A DNA stretch of 61,874 nt, counting the filler, from Diploschistes diacapsis (lineage: Eukaryota): the NCBI GenBank assembly GCA_023645945.1. It is 13 parts of 13 records of this genome, joined end to end, with 100 filler letters (N's around TTAATTAATTAA, not from the genome) between each part and the next. Parts side by side here need not be neighbours in the genome. Positions count along the whole stretch, not along the records: positions 1 to 2,942 come from JALAIB010002039.1; positions 3,043 to 28,710 come from JALAIB010000204.1; 11 more parts are not named here. One strand, 5' to 3'. The position numbers and the translations under genes are program-made. Shown in pieces: positions 1 through 11,476 of this stretch (positions within the stretch are counted from its first letter, which is position 1; each line of letters begins with the position of its first letter). The notes under the pieces are model-generated. The model searched no databases and was not told the origin of the DNA. It saw only the letters and a list, made by a program, of their open reading frames with translations.

Positions 1-139
1 TCTTAACATTTTCACCTTTCGTACAAATAATTTTATGTGTGGTTGTGGGGCTCAAAAGCTCGCTTAAAACTATCTAGCGCATCTACATTATAATGAGTAA
101 CCCGCTTTGTGGTGTAACCCGTTTTGTGGTGAAAGACGT
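1..139. mobile_element. Right end of a Fot1/pogo-type element or MITE, same family as 17062-17270
   Basis: Ends ...GTGGTGAAAGACGT followed by TA (140-141). Shares an almost identical ~65-bp internal block (TTTCGTACAAATAATTTTATGTGTGGTTGTGGGGCTCAAAAGCTCGCTTAAAAC) with the 17062 copy. Confidence 0.8.
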
Positions 140-869
140 TAGTGAAGATCTAGCATTCAATTATCCAATAATAATTTAAAAGGGTCTTTTTACGCGCCAT
201 AATTACGCTAATATATAGGTTTTAGGCAGCAATGAAAATCCCGCATTTTAATTAATTAGTGTCAGATTATTAACCTAAATGGGTTAGTTAGTCTGACTAA
301 GCAACTAATGGACTCGGAGGCTCTAGGAGGCTCTAGACCAGGCTAGAACCTAATAGAACACTTAGCTGCCGCATAAGCTTTCTTACTTGCTTGGAACAAA
401 GCGGGAGAACTTCGGACTCGACCAAGGGAATCTAGAAAAAGCTGAATTACTTATATGATGAATTTACCAACAAGGACCTTCAGAGGTACCTTCGTATCTT
501 AGTCCCCATCACTTCATGTCGTTTCGTTGTTTGTTCCGGATGCTGGACTCAGGAGACCATGACCAGGGCGACAGGATAACTTCGATAACTTCTTCCTATT
601 CATTGTCCGGCTCCATTCCTGCCAACTAAATGCCCGGGTTGGAGTAAGGACTCACGATCTCATAGGCAACCATGCGCCAGACGATTGTTCCCCATGAAGC
701 TACTGGAGCGCTCCTTCCTCTCCTATGTTAATATTTACTCAAGACTCGCTGGTGATGATGTCGTTGTCTCACGTCTTCGCGAAATTGAATTTCATCCTAT
801 CTTTTGTACCTTCATTTGCTATAATCATCTCCTACAAGCCTCGCCACATACCTCCATCAGTCACGGACC

Positions 870-1945
870 ATGGCAAGAGCAGAAGCAAAAGAAACAGGCC
901 CGACAGCAAAACGCGCACGGAGAAGGGAAAGCAGGATGAAGGGCGGAAGCAAAATGGAAATCGTTAACCAGGGTGGCAGCATTGCCGTCAACACCTCGAT
1001 GAACGAGCCGGGAAAGGGGTCGTTGCACAGAAAGGAGAGCACGTCAGACAGTGAGTCTACCATCCTCGATGTATCGACAACATGAGGACGCTAATCGGGC
1101 CATCAGCGATCCCTTTCAGTAATCTTAGAGATAGTCCCAAGAGATTGCACGGCTCAAGTGCAGCCTCTGATGATACGGCAACACGTTCCGCTCCATCTGA
1201 GCTACCAAATGAAGAGGCCGGCTCTGAGAGCGTCGAAGAAGTGAAAACTCAGAGGCAAAGCTCTTTGCAGGAGCCTGGTCCTACACTCAGCTCCTCTCCA
1301 CTACCTACGGAACCTGCGACTCCTCAGATCTTGCCAGCTTCGAACATTAGCATGCCGGATACACCCACTCCACTTTCTCGAAGCTCTTCCGTCCGTGCCA
1401 TAGCACCCCAGTCTACTAGAAGAATACCGTCTACAAAGTCTGACACTCCAGCTCTGAGCGCCAAAGACCATTGCTCGAGGTTCTTTCTCGACTTTTCAGT
1501 GTTCCCAGGTTGGCGTCGTAAGTTCAGTGAAGAGGATGCCATCTGCGACGCAGGGTCAACCGAACCAGTCACCATGCCCAAGGCCGAGCCAAGGGTGTCC
1601 TACCCAGTTTTCGATAAAAGCTTTTTCCAGAGATACAAAGCATGTAGCAACCCGGTGGCGCCGAAAAGGCCGCATACTTGCTCTGCAGGTATGGATATCG
1701 ATGACTGTCGAGCTGAGAAGACGAAAAGGAGAAAGTTGAAGGCTGAAGCCGAAGCAGCTAAGAGTAACGGGGACGCTTCCAGCGAGGAAACCACCCCACT
1801 CATGGCAAATAAAGAAAGCCTTCTGCCTAGGGTTGCTCACCACGACAATACCCCAGCTACCGAAGAGCACGGGGAATTGGATAGTAACACTGACAGCGAC
1901 CATGACGCCAAGAACAAGGATCCCCAAGAATGGCAAGTCTTGTGA
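870..1945 (+). CDS. Hypothetical low-complexity Ser/Pro/Lys-rich protein (~339 aa), two exons (870-1050, 1107-1945)
   Basis: Intron GTGAGT(1051)...GCTAAT...CAG(1106) joins the 870 and 1082 ORFs in frame. No family recognised. Confidence 0.45.
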
Positions 1946-2188
1946 GGTGAAAGGTGCAGTATAAGGACATTGTTGGTGAGGGCTAAGATGTTGCACGCTC
2001 AACCCTAGTTAACCTAAGAATACCTTTTGCTCGCCGAGCGCACTCATTAACTCGGCTCAACACAATGCTTTGTCACATTCGTTGAGAAGTTGACTATCAT
2101 CCACATGATGCACTCACAGTCGTTGAAAGTTTAGTTATCCATTTGCATGAGGCAGCCTTCAGCTTCCCTTTCAGGTCCTTTAGCTCAG

Positions 2189-2942
2189 TCATTCTGTCTC
2201 TTTTGCTTTCCTTGCCCTGGCGTCGCCCAAGCCCTTCTCCAGCAGTTCCATCAGCCTCTTGTGCTGAGCGAACTCGACAAAACTTATCCTCTCCAGCTTC
2301 CAGTCCAGCCACTCTTCGGCCCTGCTGCCGCTCGGCGCTTCCATCAAACCAACGCTGACGTCTATCAAGTCCGGCCTCTCCGTCGAGCGCCAAAACACTG
2401 TTGCTCCACAGATCCCACAAAAATGCCTAGCGATGCCCTCCCTGCTTGTGTACTGCCTCAAAGTGCCCATAGAGAAATCGGTTGGTCTTCCGTCTTTCTG
2501 GAAGATATTCACTTTCGGCACAAATGCCCATTGCTGCACGTCGTAGCCCGAGGATTTCCGGCACGAATTACAAGCACAAAGAGCCGCAGCGAACCTCATG
2601 CCGTCGTCCGAGATCCACCACTTCTCGTCCCGACGGTTCTCACGGCGGTCGCCGCCCTCGGTGTGTGGCACGATGGCATCCGAGTACGGCGAGCAGGGCC
2701 TCCGCGAGTCCTCATTGGGGCGGGTAATATAGAACTGCACGCCGGCACACCTGCAAGTGCAATCGAGCCTGTCGTCGGGAGAAGGCGACGAGGCCAGCGG
2801 CGAGCCGGTCGGGCCTCTGTAGGGTTCGCCACCGGGGAATCCCTCCCACGCGCGCAGCTGCGGCAGCCACACGCTGAGCCCGCCGTCGCCCGTGTCCGCG
2901 ACGAACTCGTGGCCCCCGAGCTCGCTCACCCCCGTCCACGCT
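2189..2942 (-). CDS. GFA/Mss4-like (DUF636/CENP-V family) zinc-binding protein, 5'-truncated at contig end
   Basis: CTCRCAGV, CACNSCRKSSG, RHFCGICGATVFW and DVSVGL..APSGSRAEEWL motifs. Confidence 0.85.
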
Positions 2943-3042
2943 NNNNNNNNNNNNNNNNNNNNNNNNNNNNNNNNNNNNNNNNNNNNTTAATTAATTAANN
3001 NNNNNNNNNNNNNNNNNNNNNNNNNNNNNNNNNNNNNNNNNN
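2943..3042. other. Artificial contig linker, first of 12 (others at 28711, 31747, 34774, 37800, 40822, 43837, 46852, 49865, 52874, 55877, 58876; each 100 bp)
   Basis: N44-TTAATTAATTAA-N44, a six-frame stop linker repeated identically. Confidence 0.99.
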
Positions 3043-3427
3043 TGGGGGGGGATTGGAGGGGGTGTGTGGTAAAGCGAGGTGGATGTGGAGGAATGGAAAG
3101 GAAAGGACGAGGGAAGGAGAGATCGAGGCGGATAGCACCCACAGTTAGCAACAACATGAGCCGGAATGGGAGGGATGATAATGTATAGAATAGGTATCCA
3201 GTACAAGTGCAAATACGAAGTACTCGAGCACATAGCAATGAAGTGTTGTTGTAAGCGGTAGTTTCTAGCGATGGGTATCTGTGGATTGCTGGTAGAAAGT
3301 ATGGCCCTGGAAACCCGATGGCATATATGCTTCGCCCTGACAAATGCTGCGATCTTGCCCTCTGACGCCGAGCGTTCTCGGCTGAACGAATCACCCGTAT
3401 GATACAGATTAATAAGTGGAGAAAGGT

Positions 3428-4642
3428 TTACACGATGACCTCCCCGCCGTCGACGAGCACCGGCTTCCATTCCTTGCCGCCTCCCTCTGCGTCACTCGGT
3501 ACTCTGACATCCACGGGACTGTACAGGTACCACCCTTTCAGCGCACTTATTGCTCCTTTGAGGCGCGCCGAGTGGAGACTCGCACCGCTACCTTCTCCTA
3601 GCTTCTCGTTACCGCTAAAGACGCCAACGACGAAGACTGGCGTCCGACTGTGCCGGCCGGTTTCGCTGAGTATTCGTGCTACTGGCGACTCGAACCCTTC
3701 TCTTGCACATAATCGGCTCAGATCACGTGTCGGCTGCTTGAATTCGAACAGCGTGCTGAAATCTAATTTCCGGCTCGCAATATGCGCGTTGAAAAAATTC
3801 TTGGCCGCCAATCGCCCGCTGTGTATATAGACAGCACCGAAGACGGCATGCACAAATTGAGAACATGCTGTTTCATGCTTTATACCACTCTCGAGAAGAT
3901 TTTGGGCCTCCTGCTCCTCCGTTGTACTCGGGTCTTGTTCGCCCAAGTAGGAATCGTCGGTGGTGAAGGAGGTTATGCCCCGTCGCCATGGTTTCCGTAC
4001 CTTCTCTTCCATTTCTTGTCTCACATCCTTCACTAGAACGCCGGTACCCTCTTCTGCCTCCGCATTTCCGGGTTTCCGTCTTTTGTATTGTAACAGGCCA
4101 GGGTCGACCTCGCCCCCCGGCGTCGCGGCCACCTCAACTCCCCATTCCTTTGTCACCATCGCAAGAGCAGGACCTCCGACATAAGCTCTTGCTGCAGCAA
4201 ATATAACGGCAGTTGGCAGGCGAGGGTATTTGCTAAGGATGAGCTCGGTGGTATGGTACCCAAGAATGTCGTTTCCGAGGATTGAAAGAGAATTGTTATT
4301 GTAGGAAGGATGATGGTCCGCTGTAGGATCTATCAGACATCGCCCAAGAGTCTCCATAGGAAATCTAGGGGAGAGATGCAAGCGTGCATGTAGTGCGGCA
4401 AGCTTCGCAGACTGGCGAGCCGCAGAAGGTGGTGGTGATGGAAGGTGCTGAAATCGCGATCGGTCATTGCGAGGTGGCGGATGTGGGTTCTCGTGCACTT
4501 CTGGAGTTCCTGCTATGGCTGTAGCGCTCGCTGCATTCCGATGTGGTTGAATGCGGGCTATGCGCTGGAAGAAAAAGGCGGATGGTCGGGTTCGAGGAGA
4601 AAGCACATCGCCGCTCCATTTCGAAAACTGTAGCTTTCTCAT
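3428..4642 (-). CDS. MRPL3: Mitochondrial large-subunit ribosomal protein mL44 (RNase III-like + dsRBD)
   Basis: SAKLAALHARL, KYPRLP, PGGEVDPGLLQ, QPTRDLSRLCAREGFESPVARILSETGRHSRTPVFVVGVFSG, ALKGWYLYSP. Confidence 0.93.
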   Translation of the reverse strand: MRKLQFSKWSGDVLSPRTRPSAFFFQRIARIQPHRNAASATAIAGTPEVHENPHPPPRNDRSRFQHLPSPPPSAARQSAKLAALHARLHLSPRFPMETLGRCLIDPTADHHPSYNNNSLSILGNDILGYHTTELILSKYPRLPTAVIFAAARAYVGGPALAMVTKEWGVEVAATPGGEVDPGLLQYKRRKPGNAEAEEGTGVLVKDVRQEMEEKVRKPWRRGITSFTTDDSYLGEQDPSTTEEQEAQNLLESGIKHETACSQFVHAVFGAVYIHSGRLAAKNFFNAHIASRKLDFSTLFEFKQPTRDLSRLCAREGFESPVARILSETGRHSRTPVFVVGVFSGNEKLGEGSGASLHSARLKGAISALKGWYLYSPVDVRVPSDAEGGGKEWKPVLVDGGEVIV

Positions 4643-4964
4643 AAGCGTGAATCCGGAAAGACTGTATCTAAGGATTGTGCTTCATGTAGTATGTCTTCGG
4701 GTTAATAACAGCCAGTCGTGTATAAGAAGACAATAATCAAGAAAATGGAAAAAATCACGCTCGAGAATGGTATCGTATGAGCAGCGACAAAAGTCGATAC
4801 GGGTATAGATTAAGCTGGGAAAATGTTTCTCCGACAGATCCATGCAGTCGGCCTTTCGACGTCGAGGTGGTAGAACGACCGGAGCTACTAATGAGTAACA
4901 AAACATCAAGGCAACACTTTACAAACGTTCATAAAACATCACAGAAATCTGCTGCTTTAGCATT

Positions 4965-5323
4965 ATGGGTGGTGGAGGCAAAGTTCCGTGAGCAGTGACC
5001 AACGCCACGTTAGCAATCGCTGATCAACCTAGCTATCCAAAGCACGTCTGGTCTCCCGCCGGAGGCTGGTACGCCCAACCTGCAAATTGGAGAGCAAACA
5101 CAGCAATCATGGCAGTTGTCATATTCAGCTTCACGGCAGCGGCATGGAACATCAGTGCTGAGAGGGAATACCGAAGCAAAATGCCAGAACCGAATAAGTT
5201 CTTCCCTAGTCGATGGTAGCAACTACCTTTGTTCGTTTATTACGGTGGCGGTTGCTAAGACTAAACAGGTGGAGCAAGCAGATCATACAACACGAAAAAG
5301 CGATGAAGACTCAAGGGCAATGA
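4965..5323 (+). CDS. Small mitochondrial complex I accessory subunit (NUUM-like), three exons (4965-4987, 5033-5215, 5269-5323)
   Basis: Spliced product MGGGGKVPYPKHVWSPAGGWYAQPANWRANTAI-(one TM)-...FFPSRWWSKQII. Two GT-AG introns keep the frame. Subunit name is from recall. Confidence 0.75.
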
Positions 5324-6340
5324 TGGCGCAGAGGGTGTAGCTGGACAGGCGTTAGAGGGGTACTGTACATATCATGGCGTTACCAGCTAGCGTGCAAGAC
5401 AGCATTGAATCTTGGACTACGATCTATTTTCGGCTTGATCTCTATGCTTTGTTCTGTTCCGTGATTCTTCATGCTCGCCTCCAAACAGTCTTGCTATACG
5501 AAGACTCTGCCGGTTTAATTGCAAGATCTGTAAGAGGAATGGACCCCCGTTTGCTTCGAGATCCACGCTCAGCTCTGTAGGTCTGAGCTAACTAGCCGCT
5601 ACTATAATCGCGTCTGATAGTTTCATAAGATGTTAATATTGGGATAAGCATTCCTAGATTATATGGTCGAAAATATAATTGGGACGTATAGAGGCATCGT
5701 ATGAAATGCATACATGTATTATAGTAGGGAGTTATACTTTGATGCTAAATAGTTTTCTACTTTCCTTTTCACTCCTCTTTGCAACGTAGTATAGCCGGGG
5801 GGATTTGAGGGGAGGGTGATAGAATTTAAGGCGACTTGCTCATGATGAAGGATAAGGAGGGAGAAAATCATGCTATGAGACGCCATAAGACGCCATTAGG
5901 AGCGACGCCAGCAGCATTAGCCGACCGTGCTGTCTGACTTCAATGGTGGCGCTGCTGAATAAATGCATTTTAGGGCAACAAAGAGAGGAAGAGGTAAGAG
6001 GGAGGTGAAAGAGGGTGCTAGCATAGAGTGACGGAGTAGGGCGAAAGGACAGAGCGGTGGAAGGGTGCATCGATGAGGGCGACAGGACAGGGCGATGGTG
6101 GGGCTGACGAGAGGGACGACGGTGAGGGCGATAACGAGAGCGACGGGGGAGGGTGAGCAAGAAAGCGTTGAGGGAGAGGAAGAAGAGGTGATGTGGATGG
6201 TGAGGCCGCCTGTATTGTGCGCCAAAGTGGTTGCAGCGTTCCTTAATATCAGAAACACACGTCTCATTAAAACTATACAATAAGGCACCCCAACGAGGGT
6301 ACAAAGCCAGCGCTTGGAAAGCAAAAACTTTTCATCAAAC

Positions 6341-9089
6341 TCATGACTTCCTTTTCGCAATAAAATACATTAGCAAGTCCCGTTCGCTACTCTCCAACAC
6401 AGGAACCATCTCAAACAACGAATGGCCGTATCTTTTATACAAGCATACCCCCAGATCCACCCCTTCCCGTCTAGTACTTACGTCCCCAGACTTTAGTGCC
6501 TTCGCTAATACTTCGAAGGCATCGTTGGGAACTTGGCAGGATTGGTCCGAGACCAGTCCTTTCAGAACCCTGACAAACCCCGAAGTTAGTTCAGGCTCTG
6601 CAGTCACACCACTTACCTCTGTGGGTTTTCTAGTAGGACTGCCAGTGGGACTTACCGATCGAGAACTTGCCATGGATGGAATCTTGCTATGAGATTCCGG
6701 CGGGTTCGCGATGATAGTCAAAGGCCGACCTCGTTTCTGGTCGACTGTGTTCGTGGTGTTCATGTCATTCGTGCTGGTACCTTGCTTTGGTCCAGCGTTG
6801 GAAACTACATCTCTGGCAGTCTCGTTGGTGTAGGTAATGGCCACATTCTTAGGTCCAGTAATATTGGTTGCTTTCCTGAGAGCAACCAGAGGACGCTTTG
6901 GAGCAGATGAGAGTGTCCCAATGGAAGAGCTTGCAGTAGCTGCGGCAGTCTTGGGACGAGTGGGGATCGGTCTGGTTGCAGGGCGAACAGCCTTAGTAGG
7001 CCCTGCTCCGCCAGTGGTCGATCCGGCTGATTTCGGACGTTGCTCGGTGGTAGATGGGGTCGATTCGAGGGACTGTTCCGGTATGAGTTCTGGAGCAGGT
7101 TCGGGTTTCTCTAGAGCCTTCTTCTTCGCGTTGATATGGTCGCGTATTGAAGGTCGATCGGTACGGTTGCCCGTAGCAGTAGGAGCGCGGGTTACTGTGT
7201 TTCCCTTGCTCGTAGATCTTTCGCTAGCCTTTCCGTTGAGGCTAGGATGGTTTGGATTGCCCTGATGTGCGAGAAGTGACTTTTGCTTGGCAGGTGGTAG
7301 TGATTCCATCATGATATCTGCACGCGAAGGCCAGATGGCGCTGCAACTCCAGTAAGCGGCTTCGGCTTTACCGCGGACAGTGGCATCAGCATCGGTCAAG
7401 CCTTTATGGACAATCTTCTGCACAGTGTCGGCACCGCCCTTCTCTTCGAGCAGGTGCTTTGAGTTGTGGTATTTGGCGAGTATAGCTTCGAGCCAGCCAA
7501 TTGCAAAGCCACGAAGTCCTTTGTTCTTCTCTTCCATAGTGTTTGAGACATGTTGCATATAGCGAGGTGTGTAAGTGGTTTTTGTGAGAACTGCGATGAC
7601 GGCAATGTTGGCCTCTGACGCAGTCTGATGTTTAGTGTTTCCACACTGTTTGATAAGGGGATGGATGACGGATTCGACAATGGGGTCCAGATCAGAGCCG
7701 GCCTTTTCGACTGCTTCGACAACCAGGCGTATGCCGTTGGTTGATAGAGTAGTGCGGAGCGACATGACAGCTTTGATAATTCCTTCTTGTAGAAGTCCTC
7801 GAATGACCGCGATGTATGCCGCATTGTATCGTTGAGGAGCACTTGAGACGGTGAGTCTTCTAAGAAAGATTACAGTGTCCTGGCGGGACTTCCAGTTGCC
7901 TTCAGCTTCGTTGCCTTCAAAGTGAGGTGCGAATACTTGCACTAGTTCGATGATCTTGATGCGGCAAGGGTCAAGGACAAAAGGCCGAGTGAGGTAAACT
8001 TCTCCATGTGAAATTTCAGCCGGAACGGTGGGATCCAAGGGGTTTGAAGGCGCCATGGGGTATGGAGTATTATCTTCGGCCTAGATAGCTGGTGAGTCAT
8101 TGTTGTTGCTCTCAGGAAGAAACGATATCGAAGAGCGCTTCGTACCTTTGCTACTAGTTTGACTGGGAGTCTGGGGGCGGGGACGTGAGAGAAATCCTCG
8201 GCCTAGATCTCGTCAGTCATAGGACAAAAAATGCCAAGGAACGCTTCCTACCTTTGCTGAAAGCCCAGCGACGTGGACAGGGGCAAGAGAGAAATCTTCA
8301 GCCTAGATCTCGTCAGTTAAAGAACGAACGACGTCGAGGAACGTTTCCTACCTTTGTTGAGAGTCTCGGGACGGGGACGACGGGAGAGAAATCTTCGGCC
8401 TAGATCTCGTCAGTCATAGGACGAAAATGCCAAGGAGCCTTTCCTACCTTTACTGAGAGCCTAGCGACGTGGACAGGGGCAAGAGAGAAATCTTCAGCCT
8501 AAGTCCTGTCAGTCTCAAGAACGAACGACGTCGGGGAGCGTTTCCTACCTTTGTTGAGAATCTCGGGACGGGAATGGGAGAGAACTCTTCGGCCTAGACA
8601 GCTTGTGAGTTATTGGTTGCTGTTGCTCTCAGGGGCATCTCCTACCTTCTCGATCGTGGGGGAGGGAGGAGGGGACGGCAGCAGGAGAGGCAATCGAAAG
8701 GCAGGGACAGAAGCCGGCACTGGCGTGAGAGGCTGGTTGAAAGCAACAACCGGAGGAGAAGCAGGCCGAGGAACAGACTCAGGAGAGTCAAGCACCAAAG
8801 GAGCCGGGGTATCAGTTGTAGAACAGTCGGTTGGAACAACAGCGGGCAGCGAAGGTTCGGATGGCTCTCGAAAGGCGATCTGAAAAACATCATTAGCATC
8901 TGTGTGCATCTAGATATGAAGGCATCAAAGTACGAATGGTGAGCTGATCTGCTCCCAGGGGATCCCTCGTGCTTTGCAAGTCATCCAGCAGCCGAATACA
9001 ATGCCGGCTCTGATTCCCTCGCCGACCGCCATGATGGCGATTAGAAGCCAAATGGCCACTTGCGAATGGAGATCTAAACGCGTTTCCAT
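6341..9089 (-). CDS. CLASP_N-domain (Stu1-like) protein, ~793 aa, eight exons (9089-8934, 8879-8646, 8593-8549, 8498-8448, 8399-8352, 8302-8252, 8202-8146, 8080-6341)
   Basis: Last exon has CLASP_N hallmarks (FEGNEAEGNW..R, SLRTTLSTNG, LIKQCGNTK, KGLTDADATVR..A..AYW). Seven GT-AG introns with CTRAC/CTAAT/CTCAC branch sites, all phase 0, give one continuous frame. Confidence 0.8.
8081..8645 (-). repeat. Tandem ~100-bp exon+intron repeat array
   Basis: Unit (minus strand): TAG|GCYGAAGATTTCTCT...AAAG|GTAGGAA...CTGACGAGATCTAG, about 5.5 copies with an alternating dimer pattern. Confidence 0.9.
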
Positions 9090-9956
9090 TGCTGTGACTA
9101 CTGGCCGATGATGGTTTACAAATTGGAAAGCAGTTTCTGATGGAAAGTGCTCAAAGTTTGATGGAAAGCGTGAAAAGTTGATGGGGGGACGTGGAAAAAG
9201 TCAAGATGAAAGTGAGGAAAGAAGAATGGAAGGACAATTGGGCGAGGGAAGGGCTTAAGTACTATCGGCGAGGGTCGCTTTGGCGACGCTGACGAAACTT
9301 TGACTAACCTTCTTCCCGGCAGTAATCGCCTTTAGACCGATCAAGCTCAACGCAGAGCGATAGATGATTGAGTAAACTGGGTAGTAGTCGAGGCCTCTCC
9401 GTATGATGAATCTCGTCGAGAAGTATGACGCTTTCCTATGGTATGGTGATAGAGGAAACCGCTCTTTTTGCCTTGTTTATCTGCTGTCCGCACAATCTGT
9501 GGCACATCCCGACATCGCAGCGCCAAGATTTCGCGTAGCGAGAGAACCTCCAAACATCGAGAGAGCCGATTAACGTTGAGCGCAGCAGCGACGTTGAAGG
9601 TTGAAGATATTCGAAATGGAGGGTTTTGAACAAAGAGGAATCAAGTCTGGCTTATACAAATATTGCTTTGACGTCTGACTGCGCTAGATTAGACGCGACG
9701 AGGTTACATCTGAAATCTGCGCACTCTGATTGGACCATATTGCTCCTGCCGGCGCCACAACCGAGATTAGCTCTTCGCTGCTTTTGTCTCTGGTGGATCC
9801 CAGCATACTGGTAGCTGACCAGGGTATACGAGCTTGACCTTAGGGAGATATCGAAGGTCACACACAGACTTATGTCTGTGACTCCCAATGCTCGTGTGCA
9901 GACAATACCATAATCTGCTGAGAGTCTGCGTTCATTGTTCTATTCCAACATGAACT

Positions 9957-10823
9957 ATGACGCGGTCTAAACCTCTAACTACGCCTAAACCACTACCAAC
10001 TCCACTCGCCATGTCGTCTACCATGTCTGAAGCCAGAGAACCATTAGCTTCGCCCATTCCCAGACGCTCAGCTTCCCAGAATGCTGAAGAGGAAGCATTC
10101 CGTCCAGTACCAAAGCCAAAAATGCCACAGCCCAAGCTTCGCTTCGAGGTCCGAGATCTCTCCCATCCTGGCGCCTTACTGTTCCTTGAGAAGGTGAATC
10201 CGACTAGAGCGATTAGTGACGCGGTGACAATCGTGGTGCAATCGCTCTACGAGCCATTCACCGGCGATGTGCCAAGCCCAGCTGTGCGCTCGATCACGCT
10301 AGTCTTGAAGCCTATGGGAGGCGTAGCCTATACTACCGGGAACGAACTCGATGACGACCACAAGGAGATCCATTTCTCGCTGGACTATATAGTACACGCT
10401 GCCTCAAGCGGCCGCGGAGCAGAAGAGATCCGGGGCGTGCTTGTCCATGAGATGGTCCATGTCTGGCAGTGGAACGGAAAGGGAAAGGCACCTAGTGGCC
10501 TCATCGAGGGCATTGCGGACTTTATCCGTCTTAAAGCCGCATATGCACCGCCTCACTGGGAACGGAAACCAGGTCCGTCCTGGGATGCTGGGTACGAGAA
10601 GACGGCCTATTTCCTGGAGTGGCTGGAGGATGTGTACGGTACTGGAAAGGTTGGGGATATGAATGAGAAGCTAAGGCAGGAGGAGTACCAGTCAGAAGAA
10701 TTCTGGAAAGCCCTGTTCGGGCAGAGTATCGAAACGCTTTGGAAAGCTTACAAAGAAGAGCACGAGAACAGGGAGGGCCTTAAACAGACCTCACAAGACG
10801 AGGCTTTGGACACAAATAACTGA
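9957..10823 (+). CDS. BSP/PBSP-domain protein (basic secretory protein family, HExxH zincin-like)
   Basis: GGVAYT..ELDDDHKEIHFS.DYI, GVLVHEMVHVWQWNG, GLIEGIADFIRL, PPHW, WDAGY..TAYFL.WLE. Confidence 0.88.
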   Translation: MTRSKPLTTPKPLPTPLAMSSTMSEAREPLASPIPRRSASQNAEEEAFRPVPKPKMPQPKLRFEVRDLSHPGALLFLEKVNPTRAISDAVTIVVQSLYEPFTGDVPSPAVRSITLVLKPMGGVAYTTGNELDDDHKEIHFSLDYIVHAASSGRGAEEIRGVLVHEMVHVWQWNGKGKAPSGLIEGIADFIRLKAAYAPPHWERKPGPSWDAGYEKTAYFLEWLEDVYGTGKVGDMNEKLRQEEYQSEEFWKALFGQSIETLWKAYKEEHENREGLKQTSQDEALDTNN

Positions 10824-11476
10824 AGTCCGACTTCTTGATGAAGGAGGAACCAGTTTCGCGAAATATTTACAAACCCTCAAAGTTGAGCGGGCGGGATCAC
10901 GCTGTTGGCAGGTCAACTTGGGTAGCCAGAGAGGTTTTCAACTTATAGTATATAGCTACTACAACAATAGGTGTGCATACAAAATGAATCTATTGCAAAT
11001 ATCGTAAATGATATTGTTCAAACGAGGAAACTGGTGCACAAAGCCGCTTGACTGAAACTTCGAACAGCTGCCTCACGGTTTGATACAAGCGTCAACACAT
11101 AGGGAAGATAAATTGTCAGAGCTACGTATCAGGTCTTACGGGAATCATAGTTGCAAGGGAAGCTTTGAAGAAGGATCAAATTGCACAAATCCGGTACAGA
11201 CTAAGCAATCAATTGGCCTGCTTCACAGGCACGAAACCCAAAAGCCCAGTATACCAGCTCCCCAACCATCAAACGCCGCACTGGTTGTGGGTTCAGTACA
11301 CAGTCCACCCACCTGGTATCAACCGGAGACGCGAGCACGTCTTCATTACGAGATATCAGTATCAGCCACAGCCACAGCTCCAGCGATTCGCTTCGTTTCC
11401 TCGTGATCCCTTTATCCCAGCAGAGACATCCATCAACAACCCGCTTCACCTAAGCTTGACAGAGAGACAGCACATC

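Noticed and set aside
283..308. Hairpin-like GTTAGTTAGTCTGACTAAGCAACTAA
   Set aside because: Might be a transposon terminus, but it is single-copy here with no partner end or TSD.
2987..2998. TTAATTAATTAA recurring about every 3 kb, as a biological periodic motif
   Set aside because: Always centred in N runs; it is a synthetic six-frame stop linker.
8081..8645. CRISPR-like repeat-spacer array
   Set aside because: Eukaryotic DNA; the spacers are homologous to each other and the units resolve as exon+intron duplications.
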